A stretch of DNA of 32,544 bases from an uncultured Clostridia bacterium. GTDB lineage: Bacteria > Bacillota > Clostridia > Christensenellales > UBA1242. Location of the stretch: NCBI GenBank assembly GCA_947384015.1, contig CANDFN010000002.1, positions 1 to 32,544 of the forward strand, given 5' to 3'. The notes below the pieces were generated by a model. It was not told the origin of the DNA and did not search any database. It worked only from the letters and a program-made list of their open reading frames with translations. The translations under genes were made by a program, and so were the position numbers. Below, in pieces: positions 8,073 to 17,057 of the stretch (positions are counted from its first letter, which is position 1; every line of letters starts with the position of its first letter).

Positions 8073-9551
8073 TTAAAGTAGTATGCAAAGCAATCCACCC
8101 TTACCTTCATTTACAATACGAGAAAGAGTCTTGCGCAATTTCTTTTGTAAATTTTCTGGCATTGCAGTTAATTTGTTATTTAAGCCGTCTCGCACCAAAC
8201 TTTCTAAAGACTTACCAAACATATTGGTTTGCCAAATACCTTGTGGATTATTTTCAAATTGTTGTTGCAAGTAATTGGCAAGTTCTTCGCTTTGCTCGTA
8301 ACCACCCATAATTGGGCGAACTTCAGTTTCTACATCCACTTTCATAATGTGTAAGCTTGGAGCTTGCGCTTTAAGCCTAACTCCACACTGTCCGCCTTGA
8401 TGCACAATTTCTGGTTCTTTAAGCTCCATTTCATCTACACTTGGAACTACTATTCCATACCCAGTTTCATTAACTTGTTTTAAGGCAAGGCTTATTTTAT
8501 CGTATTCTTTCTTTGCTTCGGTTAAACCTTTAAGAGAGGATATAAGTTCGTAATCGTCGCAAATTTCTGTGCCACATTGTTCACTTAATACTTTATAAAA
8601 CAAACCTTCTTTAGGTTGCACCTCAAAAGAAACTGCACCACTGCCAAGTTCTATTGTATTAGAAAGGATAGGTTCGTAATTTTCACTTTCTTCAAATAGC
8701 ACACGATTTTTATCAAAATCTCCAACACGCGCCACATCATCAATTGCCCCGTTTACTGCATCCAAAATTTCTTTTACGGTTGCATTATCAGCAGGCAATG
8801 GTTTTAACCACCTTGGCATTTTTATGTTTATAACTTCTAATGGGAACTGCTTTAAAATTTCACTCATAATAATATCTACATCATCCTTTTTTAATTCATT
8901 AACATTTATTGGTAGCACAGGCGAGCCATATTCTTTGTTTAATTCTCTAACTAAAGCCAAAGTATCTTTATCCCCTGGCTTGCTTGTATTTAATATAGTT
9001 ATAAAAGGTTTGTTGGCGTCTTTAAGTTGTCTAATTGTTCGTTTTTCCGCCTCCACATAACTCGCACGCGGAATCTCGGTAAAGCTTCCGTCTGTTGTTA
9101 CTGCTATTGCTATTGTAGAATGTTCGTTAATCACCTTTTCTGTGCCAATAACTGCCGCTTGCACAAAAGGCATAGATTGCTCGCTCCACGGTGTTTTTAC
9201 AAGGCGAGGTTTATCGTTGTCCATTGCTCCAACAGCACCATCCACCATAAAACCAACGCAATCTATAAGCCTAACCGACATATTTGCATTGCCAACCTTA
9301 ATTTTTACTGCCTCGTTTGGCACAAACTGCGGTTTTGTAGTCATTACCATTGTGCCCTCACTTGCTTGAGGTAATTCATCGTTAGCACGCTCGCGATCAT
9401 GCTTGTTTGTAATATTATCTAACACAAAATTTTGTATAAACTTTTGTATAAAAGTAGATTTACCACAACGCACTGGCCCTACCACACCTATATAAACATC
9501 TCCGTTTGTGCGTCGGGCGATATCTGCATAGATGTTTGAATATTTTTCCAT
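8073..9551 (-). CDS. spoIVA: Stage IV sporulation protein A (spore coat morphogenetic ATPase)
   Basis: 492 aa. N-terminus MEKYSNIYADIARRTNGDVYIGVVGPVRCGKSTFI (Walker A) and the characteristic C-terminus GKGGLLCILL. GGAGG SD. Confidence 0.93.
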   Translation of the reverse strand: MEKYSNIYADIARRTNGDVYIGVVGPVRCGKSTFIQKFIQNFVLDNITNKHDRERANDELPQASEGTMVMTTKPQFVPNEAVKIKVGNANMSVRLIDCVGFMVDGAVGAMDNDKPRLVKTPWSEQSMPFVQAAVIGTEKVINEHSTIAIAVTTDGSFTEIPRASYVEAEKRTIRQLKDANKPFITILNTSKPGDKDTLALVRELNKEYGSPVLPINVNELKKDDVDIIMSEILKQFPLEVINIKMPRWLKPLPADNATVKEILDAVNGAIDDVARVGDFDKNRVLFEESENYEPILSNTIELGSGAVSFEVQPKEGLFYKVLSEQCGTEICDDYELISSLKGLTEAKKEYDKISLALKQVNETGYGIVVPSVDEMELKEPEIVHQGGQCGVRLKAQAPSLHIMKVDVETEVRPIMGGYEQSEELANYLQQQFENNPQGIWQTNMFGKSLESLVRDGLNNKLTAMPENLQKKLRKTLSRIVNEGKGGLLCILL

Positions 9552-9650
9552 TTAATCCTCCAATCTTAACTAACTTATGAAGCATAAAAAAGTTTTATGA
9601 ATGATTTAAAAAATTTTATAAGCAATAAAAAAATGCGTTTGCGCGCATTT

Positions 9651-9923
9651 TTATATTCCAGCAGTTATTTCTGTTTTATAGTTTGTCAGCGAAATTTCTT
9701 TTAAACCAGCTTCCCTTCTTATCATGTTAGCATAAATAACGATGTCTACAAATCCGTTATAGCAAACAGCATCTTTATCACATTCTACAATCTCTTGCAT
9801 TTTTTTGCTAATTTTTAGTGCTGTTTGTTTAAGAATATCTTTGGGTGCAGAACCAATGGTCCAAGTGCTTAATCTAGCATATTCACTAGTATTTTTTATT
9901 AGACTTTTTACATAATTTTTCAT
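9651..9923 (-). CDS. Hypothetical protein
   Basis: Track ORF trimmed to the internal ATG (MKNYVKSL...), which is preceded by AAAGGCGG; the track start is a TTG with no SD. Followed by hairpin AAATGCG/CGCATTT (9631-9650) plus a T-run on the minus strand. Confidence 0.4.
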   Translation of the reverse strand: MKNYVKSLIKNTSEYARLSTWTIGSAPKDILKQTALKISKKMQEIVECDKDAVCYNGFVDIVIYANMIRREAGLKEISLTNYKTEITAGI

Positions 9924-10018
9924 TTTTACCGCCTTTACCGACAAAATATAACACAATTAATTTGGCATGTCAATAGAAAAAAATAAAAAGGTTGTAATTA
10001 TCAACCTTTTTATTTTTA

Positions 10019-10531
10019 TTAAATTTTAGCACGAAGTCTAATTTCTTTTAATATAAAATTAATTTGATTTTGAGTGTAAATTGCCATATCTATAAAATGT
10101 TTTTTATCTGTTTTATCTATAACAATTAATGTATCTATTGGTTTGTTGTTTAAGTTTATTAAATGTAACCCCTCTTCTTCTTTTTTTATTAATTCTACTG
10201 ATTTTATTTGATTATAATAAAGTTTTGTAGTAAACCATCTTGCTTTTGCCGGCTTATTTGCATAGTCTGTATTCCCCTCTTTGTCTTTAACCCAACCATT
10301 TTCCGTCCCAAAACGAAAGTAGTTTTTAGTAAATTTTATATTCTTAATAAAAAATATAATTAAACCAAAGATACAAAATACGGTAAAAAAGATAAATATT
10401 GACATTTTAAGCCAATTTTGATTTTTTGCATATACTACAACTCCCCAAATGCTAAAACATAAACATAATAATATTGCAATATAAAACCATATTACTTTTT
10501 TATTAAAACCAAAAACCAATTTATTTTTCAA
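10019..10531 (-). CDS. Membrane protein, hypothetical
   Basis: Two N-terminal TM helices followed by a soluble C-terminal domain. TTG start with AGAGG SD. Followed by hairpin AAAAGGTTG/CAACCTTTT (9986-10010). Confidence 0.45.
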   Translation of the reverse strand: MKNKLVFGFNKKVIWFYIAILLCLCFSIWGVVVYAKNQNWLKMSIFIFFTVFCIFGLIIFFIKNIKFTKNYFRFGTENGWVKDKEGNTDYANKPAKARWFTTKLYYNQIKSVELIKKEEEGLHLINLNNKPIDTLIVIDKTDKKHFIDMAIYTQNQINFILKEIRLRAKI

Positions 10532-10556
10532 TAATAACCTCTACCATTATCTGCCA

Positions 10557-11942
10557 TTAACCAATAATAGAGCCAACAGTGCGTGGGAATATTTCTACGT
10601 CACGGATGTTGCTTACACCTGTTAGATACATAATTAAACGTTCAAAACCTAAGCCATAACCAGAGTGAACATTTGTGCCGTAACGACGGGTGTCTAAATA
10701 CCAAGCATAATCCTTTTCGCTTAAACCAAGTTCTTGCATACGGGCAGTTAACTTGTCTAACCTTTCTTCACGTTGGCTACCACCAATAAGTTCTCCAATG
10801 CCTGGCACAAGCAAGTCTGCCGCCGCAACCGTTTTGCCATCATCGTTTTGACGCATATAAAAGGCTTTTATGTCTTTAGGGTAATTCTTTAAGAAAACTG
10901 GTTTACCATAAACTTCTTCTGTAATATAGCGTTCATGTTCACTTTGAAGGTCTACACCCCATTTTACTGGGAAGGTAAATCTATCTTTAACTTTTTCTAG
11001 TAACTTAATAGCTTCGGTATAATCTAGGCGAACAAAATCGTTTTCTACAATATTGGTTAAGCGTGCAATTAAGCCAGTGTCTACAAACTTATTTAAAAAT
11101 TCTAATTCATCTTTGCATTCTGTCATCACATAACGAATAACATATTTTATCATTTCTTCTTCATTATCCATAAGTTCATCTAAATCACAAAAACAAATTT
11201 CTGGTTCCATCATCCAAAACTCTGCAGCATGCCTGCTGGTGTTAGAATTTTCCGCCCTAAAGGTTGGTCCAAAGGTATAAGTTTTGCCAAAAGCATGGGT
11301 TAAGCATTCTTCGTGCAACTGACCACTAACGGTCAATGCAACCTTTTTACCAAAGAAATCTTTATCGTAATCCACCTTGCCAGATTTTGCCATGCGTTCC
11401 AAATCTAGCGTTGTTACTTGGAACATCTCGCCAGCACCTTCGCAATCGTTAGATGTAATAATTGGGGTGTGGACATAAACAAAGTTACGTTCGTTAAAAA
11501 ACTTATGAATTGCAAAAGCCGCCACCGAACGGATTCTAAACACTGCATTAAACAAATTGCCTCTGGCACGGATTGTTGGTATTGTGCGCAAAAATTCTAC
11601 TGTATGGCGCTTTTTTTGAAGCGGATAATCGGTATCACACTCTCCCAACACTTCTATTGTTTCAGCATTAATTTCAAATGGTTGTTGCGCTTGTGGGGTT
11701 AAAATTAGTTTACCGCTAACACAAAAAGACGCACCAACATTTTGTTTTATAACTTCGTCATAATTTTTTAATTTGCCTTTTTCTACAACTATTTGCACGC
11801 TTTTAAAAGCACCATCGTTAAGCTCTACAAAGGCGATGTTTTTACTATCACGAACCGTTCTTGCCCAACCACAAACAGAAATGGTTTTATCGGCATAATC
11901 TTTATAAGATTTTAACAAATCTCTAATTTCTACTCTTTTCAT
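10557..11942 (-). CDS. asnS: Asparagine--tRNA ligase
   Basis: 461 aa with FRAENSNTSRHAAEFWMMEPE, GGSQREER and GYGLGFERL (class IIb motifs specific for AsnRS). AGGAGA SD. Starts 10 nt after the aspS stop. Confidence 0.93.
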   Translation of the reverse strand: MKRVEIRDLLKSYKDYADKTISVCGWARTVRDSKNIAFVELNDGAFKSVQIVVEKGKLKNYDEVIKQNVGASFCVSGKLILTPQAQQPFEINAETIEVLGECDTDYPLQKKRHTVEFLRTIPTIRARGNLFNAVFRIRSVAAFAIHKFFNERNFVYVHTPIITSNDCEGAGEMFQVTTLDLERMAKSGKVDYDKDFFGKKVALTVSGQLHEECLTHAFGKTYTFGPTFRAENSNTSRHAAEFWMMEPEICFCDLDELMDNEEEMIKYVIRYVMTECKDELEFLNKFVDTGLIARLTNIVENDFVRLDYTEAIKLLEKVKDRFTFPVKWGVDLQSEHERYITEEVYGKPVFLKNYPKDIKAFYMRQNDDGKTVAAADLLVPGIGELIGGSQREERLDKLTARMQELGLSEKDYAWYLDTRRYGTNVHSGYGLGFERLIMYLTGVSNIRDVEIFPRTVGSIIG

Positions 11943-11952
11943 TTATTCTCCT

Positions 11953-13689
11953 TTATTCCTTAATTAATTGAATGTGAACGTCACGTAATAATTTATCGTC
12001 CACATTGTTTGGTGCGTTTGTAAGTGGGTCGCACCCATTTTTATTCATAGGGAAAGCTATAACATCCCTAATAAATTCGTTATGAGTTAATAACATCATT
12101 AACCTATCAAAGCCTGCGCCTGCACCGCAATGTGGTGGTGCACCATAAGAAAAGGCATTATAAAGCGCTGGGAATTTATTTTCTACAACAGATTTATCTA
12201 ACCCTGCTAGCGCAAATAATTCTACCATCATATTTGGATTATGATTTCTAACCCCTCCGGACAAACTTTCGTAACCATTAATAACTAAATCATACTGATA
12301 AGCTTTTGCTTTTAATGGGTCTTTTTTAACCTCTTCAATGCTTGCCTGTGGCATACTAAATGGATTATGGCTAAATGCAATATTACCGTCATCATCAAGT
12401 TCATAGAATGGGAAATCTACAATCCAAACAAAGTTATATGCACTGTTATCTATTAAGTTTAGACGTTTGCCCAACTCGTTACGCAAAACATCTGCATACT
12501 TAATTACTTTTGCCTTTTCATCAGCCACAAAGAAAATTGTATCTCCTGCTTTGTATTTTAGCATATTGCTTAGTGCTTGCTTTTGCTCTGGTGTAATAAA
12601 CTTTGTTATACCAGTTTCAAATTCACCTTCTTCTGTAACGTGCACATAGGCAAGACCTTTTGCCTCGCGTGATTTTAAAAACTCTGTTAAACTATCGTAA
12701 AACTTGCGTCCTAAACCACCGCAATTTACTTTTATTGCTTTAATTACATTACCATTAAAAGCATTAAAGGTTGTATTTTTAAACACATCAGTTACATCTG
12801 CCACAGTTAGCGGATTTCGCAAGTCTGGTTTATCACTACAATAATTTTTTATTGCATCTTCATAAGTCATTCTAGCAAATGGTGTTACAGGACGTTTGCC
12901 AGCAAAACGTTCAAATATGCTTGCATAAAGTTCTTCTATAACTTTAAATACTTCCTCTTGTGTTGCAAATGCCATTTCCATATCTATTTGATAGAATTCT
13001 GTAGGTGACCTATCCGCCCTTGCATCTTCATCTCTAAAACATGGTGCTATTTGAAAATATTTATCTACACCACTTGTCATTAATAACTGTTTAAATTGTT
13101 GTGGTGCTTGTGGCAAAGCATAGAACTTGCCTGGATTTAGCCTAGACGGAACTAAAAAATCTCTTGCACCTTCTGGGCTTGATGCAGTAAGAATTGGGGT
13201 TTGCACCTCTAAAAAGCCTAAATTGTGCATAAAGTTACGCACATGCAACATTAAGTCACTACGCAATTTTAACATCTCTTTATTATAATCGGCACGCAAA
13301 TCTAGATAACGATATTTTAAACGTAAATCTTCATTTACATCTTGGCTAGATTTTATTTCAAAAGGCAAAGCCTGTTCGCACTTACCTAATATTTTTATTT
13401 CTTCCGCCACTAACTCTATATCTCCGGTTGGCATATTAGGGTTTTTACTGCTACGCTCCCTAACCACACCTTTAATAGACACAACATCCTCTTTATTTAA
13501 CTCACATATGCAATCTTCTGGTAAAATTACTTGTGTTTTGCCATAATAATCGCGCAAAACTAAAAAGGTAATACCTCCTAGTTTACGTATTGTGTCTACA
13601 AAACCTGCTAAGGTTTCTGTTTTGCCAGCATCAACTAAACGCAAACTTCCACAATCTGTTGACCTATAAACATTTTTTAAAATATTCAT
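11953..13689 (-). CDS. aspS: Aspartate--tRNA ligase (bacterial type with insertion domain)
   Basis: 578 aa with LRLKYRYLDLR, FYALPQAPQQFKQLLM, FRDEDARADRSPTEFYQIDMEMAF and GAGAGFDRL. AGGAGG SD. Confidence 0.93.
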   Translation of the reverse strand: MNILKNVYRSTDCGSLRLVDAGKTETLAGFVDTIRKLGGITFLVLRDYYGKTQVILPEDCICELNKEDVVSIKGVVRERSSKNPNMPTGDIELVAEEIKILGKCEQALPFEIKSSQDVNEDLRLKYRYLDLRADYNKEMLKLRSDLMLHVRNFMHNLGFLEVQTPILTASSPEGARDFLVPSRLNPGKFYALPQAPQQFKQLLMTSGVDKYFQIAPCFRDEDARADRSPTEFYQIDMEMAFATQEEVFKVIEELYASIFERFAGKRPVTPFARMTYEDAIKNYCSDKPDLRNPLTVADVTDVFKNTTFNAFNGNVIKAIKVNCGGLGRKFYDSLTEFLKSREAKGLAYVHVTEEGEFETGITKFITPEQKQALSNMLKYKAGDTIFFVADEKAKVIKYADVLRNELGKRLNLIDNSAYNFVWIVDFPFYELDDDGNIAFSHNPFSMPQASIEEVKKDPLKAKAYQYDLVINGYESLSGGVRNHNPNMMVELFALAGLDKSVVENKFPALYNAFSYGAPPHCGAGAGFDRLMMLLTHNEFIRDVIAFPMNKNGCDPLTNAPNNVDDKLLRDVHIQLIKE

Positions 13690-13711
13690 AATTCCTCCTA
13701 ATGCAATAAAT

Positions 13712-14253
13712 AAAAAACGCCCTAAATTACTTTAGGACGAATAATTAAATCCGCGGTGCCACCTAAATTCTCGTCGTGCCATGCCATTAAACTAAATTGC
13801 TTCACTAGCGTTACGCAATTGTAAGTCTTTAGGCAGGCACTCCTCTTCCCCTTCCGCAAGCCAGTTGCGGTGGGGTCCCCATTTTTTGGGGTCTCCCTTT
13901 GAAGTTCTTTGCCATGCCATTAAACTAAATTGCTTCACTAGCGTTACGCAATTGTAAGTCTTTAGGCAGGCACTCCTCTTCCCCTTCCGCAAGCCAGTTG
14001 CGGTGGGGTCCCCATTTTTTGGGGTCTCCCTTTGAAGTTCTTTGCCATGCCATTAAACTAAATTGCTTAGTTTATTAGTGCAACTTTATCAGTTTAATTT
14101 ATAGCCAACAAGCCACTTTATTATACCCTTATTGGAGGGCCACCATAAAACTCCGGAGTGTTCTTCATTAAGGCTGTATTAATAAGTTCTCACTATCCTT
14201 ATCTCACTTTAAACCATTTCCTTAACTACTCTTTCCTTCAACGTTTTAAAAAC
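13712..14253 (-). promoter_or_regulatory. T-box riboswitch leader of aspS-asnS (specifier AAC = Asn, overlapping GAA)
   Basis: Minus strand shows a glyQS-like Stem I (CGTTGAAGGAAAGAGTAGTTAAGG...GGATAGTGAGAAC...CCTTAATGAAGAACACTCCGGAG). The specifier AAC sits at plus 14160-14162 and is followed by A. T-box core AATTTAGGTGGCACCGCGG = plus 13751-13769. Terminator CGTCCTAAA-gtaa-TTTAGGGCG+T6 = plus 13712-13739. The TTTAGG of the T-box can pair with the CCTAAA of the terminator arm (antiterminator). Confidence 0.8.
13777..14068. repeat. Perfect tandem direct repeat, 133-bp unit x 2.2, inside the T-box leader
   Basis: 13778-13910 and 13911-14043 are identical base for base. The first 25 nt (GCCATGCCATTAAACTAAATTGCTT) recur a third time at 14044-14068. 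Confidence 0.95.
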
Positions 14254-14259
14254 AGATTT

Positions 14260-14288
14260 ATTATAAAACAAAAAAAATCTGCTGTCAA
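14260..14288 (-). promoter_or_regulatory. Consensus sigma-A promoter of the T-box/aspS-asnS transcript
   Basis: Minus strand reads TTGACA (plus 14283-14288), 17 nt, then TATAAT (plus 14260-14265), immediately upstream of Stem I. Confidence 0.65.
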
Positions 14289-14297
14289 GCAAATTTT

Positions 14298-14906
14298 TTA
14301 TTCTTCTTCCTTTTTATTGCCCAAATTAAAAGCTTTCATAATCTCTTCTAGTGGCATGTTTGGGTGTAATGCTTCGTTAAAATCAAAGCCTGATGAGGTA
14401 ATATTATTTATAAGCACATCACTTGGACCGCCACGTTTAATATCTCCGCCCGCTTTTTTGCTATCAAAACAATCTATGATATTATGCAACAATTTTTTTA
14501 TAGGGTCATCCACCACTGTTTGGCGTTTGTTTAAATCTGGTAAAACCGTATCTGTTTTATCGTTAAGCCCTTCGTAAACTAGAGTTTTAAATTTATCTCT
14601 CATATCTCTAAGTTTGCCATCTTTTGTAAGTTCTGGATACCTTGCATAAAGTTCATTAATAATTTGTTCCATGCGCAAATACATTAAACGGCTACGTTGA
14701 ATATCTAAAGAATACAATTTTTTTCTGCTTGCCTCTAACTGATTCGCATGTTCTATACTGGCTATAATAGCACTAGAAATTGATTGTTCTTTACTTTTAA
14801 ACTCGTCAATTATTGCTTTTTGTTTTGCAATTATATTGCGTTGGTCGTTTACCATAGCCTCTAAATTTGCAATTTTATTTTGATACTCAATTTCTTTTCT
14901 GTCCAT
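14298..14906 (-). CDS. Coiled-coil protein, hypothetical
   Basis: Trimmed to the ATG at 14906 (MDRKEIEYQNK...), preceded by AAAGGAGA. The track N-terminal extension overlaps the upstream membrane gene. Heptad-like, Q/K/E-rich first half. Confidence 0.5.
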   Translation of the reverse strand: MDRKEIEYQNKIANLEAMVNDQRNIIAKQKAIIDEFKSKEQSISSAIIASIEHANQLEASRKKLYSLDIQRSRLMYLRMEQIINELYARYPELTKDGKLRDMRDKFKTLVYEGLNDKTDTVLPDLNKRQTVVDDPIKKLLHNIIDCFDSKKAGGDIKRGGPSDVLINNITSSGFDFNEALHPNMPLEEIMKAFNLGNKKEEE

Positions 14907-15393
14907 TATGTCTCCTTTTATAAAGTAATGTATTAACAACAAAATATAGCACAAACCAAACAACAACCAGCACAATCATCAGCCATAATTTAATTAGATG
15001 TTGCACAAATAATAAGGTTATCAAACCAAAACCCAGGGTTAAAAAGAATATTTTTATTTGTAATTTATCTTTAAAATAAATAGCGGTTATTATACTACCT
15101 ATTGACACAGCAAAAAAGTAATATGGCCACATCTGGCTTGTAGGTAACTTTGCAAAGTATATCACAATATTTAAAACTCCGCAACAAAATAAAACCACAC
15201 CAAAAAACAAACTGCTGTCTATTTTTAAAGAAAAGGCACGAATAGCAAGCATAATACCTATTAATATAAGCGTTACACCAAAGCTTGTGCGAAAAAACTC
15301 AAATTTTGTTGGAAGCGGCAACAGGTCTAAAATAAACATTAACACATTTGTTGCTAAAATTGCATAATAAAAGATTTTAGACTTTTTGCTCAT
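14887..15393 (-). CDS. Polytopic membrane protein, hypothetical
   Basis: 168 aa, about five hydrophobic helices. GGGGGG SD inside the 3' end of lgt (17-nt overlap). Confidence 0.5.
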   Translation of the reverse strand: MSKKSKIFYYAILATNVLMFILDLLPLPTKFEFFRTSFGVTLILIGIMLAIRAFSLKIDSSLFFGVVLFCCGVLNIVIYFAKLPTSQMWPYYFFAVSIGSIITAIYFKDKLQIKIFFLTLGFGLITLLFVQHLIKLWLMIVLVVVWFVLYFVVNTLLYKRRHNGQKRN

Positions 15394-16183
15394 TATCCCC
15401 CCTTCTTTTTAATAAATATTTAACAAAATGATAAATTAATATTCCCAAACCTATTAGCAACATAATTCCACTTAATAGTTGTGAGACCCTAATGTTTGTT
15501 CCAGCGATATATAAGCTATCGCTTCTTAAACCTTCAATCCACATTCTACCTACGCCTTCCCAAATTAAATAGCTTGCAGTGGTCAACCCTGTTGTTTTAG
15601 TTTTATAGTATACAACAAGTAAAATTGCTAAACCTATTGCATTCCACAAACTTTCGTAAAAGAATGTTGCCTGAAACCAAGCATTATAATCCTGTATGAA
15701 CACCGCATACGGGAACCATTGTAAACTTGGCTTTGTAACCAAATTGCCATAAGCTTCTTGATTAAAGAAGTTCCCCCAACGCCCAATAACCTGACCCAAA
15801 ATTAAGCAAGGCACAAGCACATCAAACAAAACTGGCAAAATTTTAATATTCTTTTTTATAAGGCAAAAAATTAAAATTCCAATTATTCCGCCAATTATTC
15901 CGCCATAAATTGCAAGCCCACCTTCCCAAACTTTAAACAGTTCTAAAAATGTATATGTGTGTTCATAAAACAAGCAATAGTAAAGCCTTGCACCAATAAT
16001 TGCACATGGCAAAACTATTATGGCAAGCATTATAATGTCGTCACTTTTTATTCCGCGTTTTTTACACAATTTACAAGCCAAAAATATGCCCGCCAACATA
16101 GATAGCGCCATAATCAAGCCATAAAATTTAATTTCCAAGCCAAAAAGCGAAAATGAATTTGGCGGAATATAGTAAGATTTCAT
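15377..16183 (-). CDS. lgt: Prolipoprotein diacylglyceryl transferase
   Basis: 268 aa with GARLYY, WEGGLAIYGG and GRWGNFFNQEAYG motifs. No SD; ATG lies 6 nt after TAAAAT. Confidence 0.9.
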   Translation of the reverse strand: MKSYYIPPNSFSLFGLEIKFYGLIMALSMLAGIFLACKLCKKRGIKSDDIIMLAIIVLPCAIIGARLYYCLFYEHTYTFLELFKVWEGGLAIYGGIIGGIIGILIFCLIKKNIKILPVLFDVLVPCLILGQVIGRWGNFFNQEAYGNLVTKPSLQWFPYAVFIQDYNAWFQATFFYESLWNAIGLAILLVVYYKTKTTGLTTASYLIWEGVGRMWIEGLRSDSLYIAGTNIRVSQLLSGIMLLIGLGILIYHFVKYLLKRRGDNEQKV

Positions 16184-16277
16184 GTTATCATTTTAAAATA
16201 AACATAAAAAAAACGCAACTAAATTTTTAACCTTCCTTTTAATTGATAAAAATCGTCATTAATTGCGTTTTTGTTTT

Positions 16278-16961
16278 TTAAGCAAATATTAAAAGTTCTT
16301 CTTCTAATTTTCTGCCAGTTAAAGAATTGTAAACTTGTGCAAATTTTTCTTTTGTTATACCACAAAGTGAACAAATCTTTTCCATTTTTTGTTTATAGTC
16401 ATCAAAATAATTGTCTAAATTTTCAATAAACTTTTCCGAACAAGATTGTTTACTACGGGCAATTTGGTAACTTTTTTCTGCCATAGAAAGCACAAACATT
16501 AAAACCATTAATTTTTTGTCTTTATAAAATTCTGCATCATTTATTTGTGCATCCTTACCAGACAAAGAGTATCCTTTTAAAGCCTCTATTTGTTTGGCTG
16601 TTAAAAGTATATTTTCACAAGTGCATTCACCGTCTATATCGTAAACATCATAAACTCCGTCTTTACCAAAAATTGCAATATGGTCTATTTGCATAATAAG
16701 GCTATTAAACTTTTTATCTACAACCAACCCTCCACGATTAGTTATGATTTGGCATTTAGTTCTGCTTTTTGAAACAGCAATAAATCTGTGTGTAGAAGCA
16801 GTTGGTAAAATGCTAGAGTAATCAAACCCTGTAACAAACTGATTTGTTTTATTGTCATACATTGCTTGTCTACCATTTTCGTTTTGAAAAATTGTAACTT
16901 TATTTGTTTTTAATACCATTTCTAAAGTTTGCGCTGTCTGTTTTTTATTGTTATTTTTCAT
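16278..16961 (-). CDS. Hypothetical protein
   Basis: 227-aa ORF with AGGAGA SD at proper spacing. No recognisable motif. Confidence 0.5.
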   Translation of the reverse strand: MKNNNKKQTAQTLEMVLKTNKVTIFQNENGRQAMYDNKTNQFVTGFDYSSILPTASTHRFIAVSKSRTKCQIITNRGGLVVDKKFNSLIMQIDHIAIFGKDGVYDVYDIDGECTCENILLTAKQIEALKGYSLSGKDAQINDAEFYKDKKLMVLMFVLSMAEKSYQIARSKQSCSEKFIENLDNYFDDYKQKMEKICSLCGITKEKFAQVYNSLTGRKLEEELLIFA

Positions 16962-17057
16962 AATATCTCCTCATCTATTTTACATATTATCAACTATTTG
17001 TCAATAGATAAATGATAAAATTTAAACAAAATTTTTATCTAAATCATATTTAACTAT

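Noticed and set aside
9572-9600. Possible sigma-E-type promoter upstream of spoIVA (minus strand TCATAAA-14 nt-CATAAGTT).
   Set aside because: It resembles the sporulation sigma-E consensus only loosely. In AT-rich DNA such matches are frequent, and I cannot support it without TSS data.
13792-13992. 66-aa minus-strand ORF upstream of aspS.
   Set aside because: It lies wholly within the duplicated segment of the T-box leader RNA, has no SD, and its sequence is repeated because of the 133-bp duplication.
14134-14154. A second T-box-like GGTGGC element (minus strand GGAGttttatGGTGGCCCTCC) directly after Stem I, which could suggest tandem T-boxes.
   Set aside because: It lies only 6 nt after Stem I and has no ACCGCG continuation, no paired terminator and no U-run. 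It is probably coincidental or part of a linker hairpin. The canonical core at 13751-13769 has all the expected partners.
14158-14577. 139-aa plus-strand ORF.
   Set aside because: It runs antisense across T-box Stem I, the promoter and the 3' end of the coiled-coil gene, and has no SD.
16184-16277. AACGCAA...TTGCGTTTTTTTT inverted repeat between the 227-aa gene and lgt, as a possible terminator.
   Set aside because: The arms are separated by about 47 nt of imperfectly structured sequence, so this is not a convincing intrinsic terminator. Only the T8 run and the overlapping weak -35 (TTGCGT) for lgt are noted.
16962-17057. Promoter and SD for glmM (TTGTCA...TGaTAAAAT).
   Set aside because: The -35/-10 spacing is only 12 nt, there is no SD before ATG 17058, and the -10-to-ATG distance does not fit the 6-nt leaderless pattern. 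No call is made.
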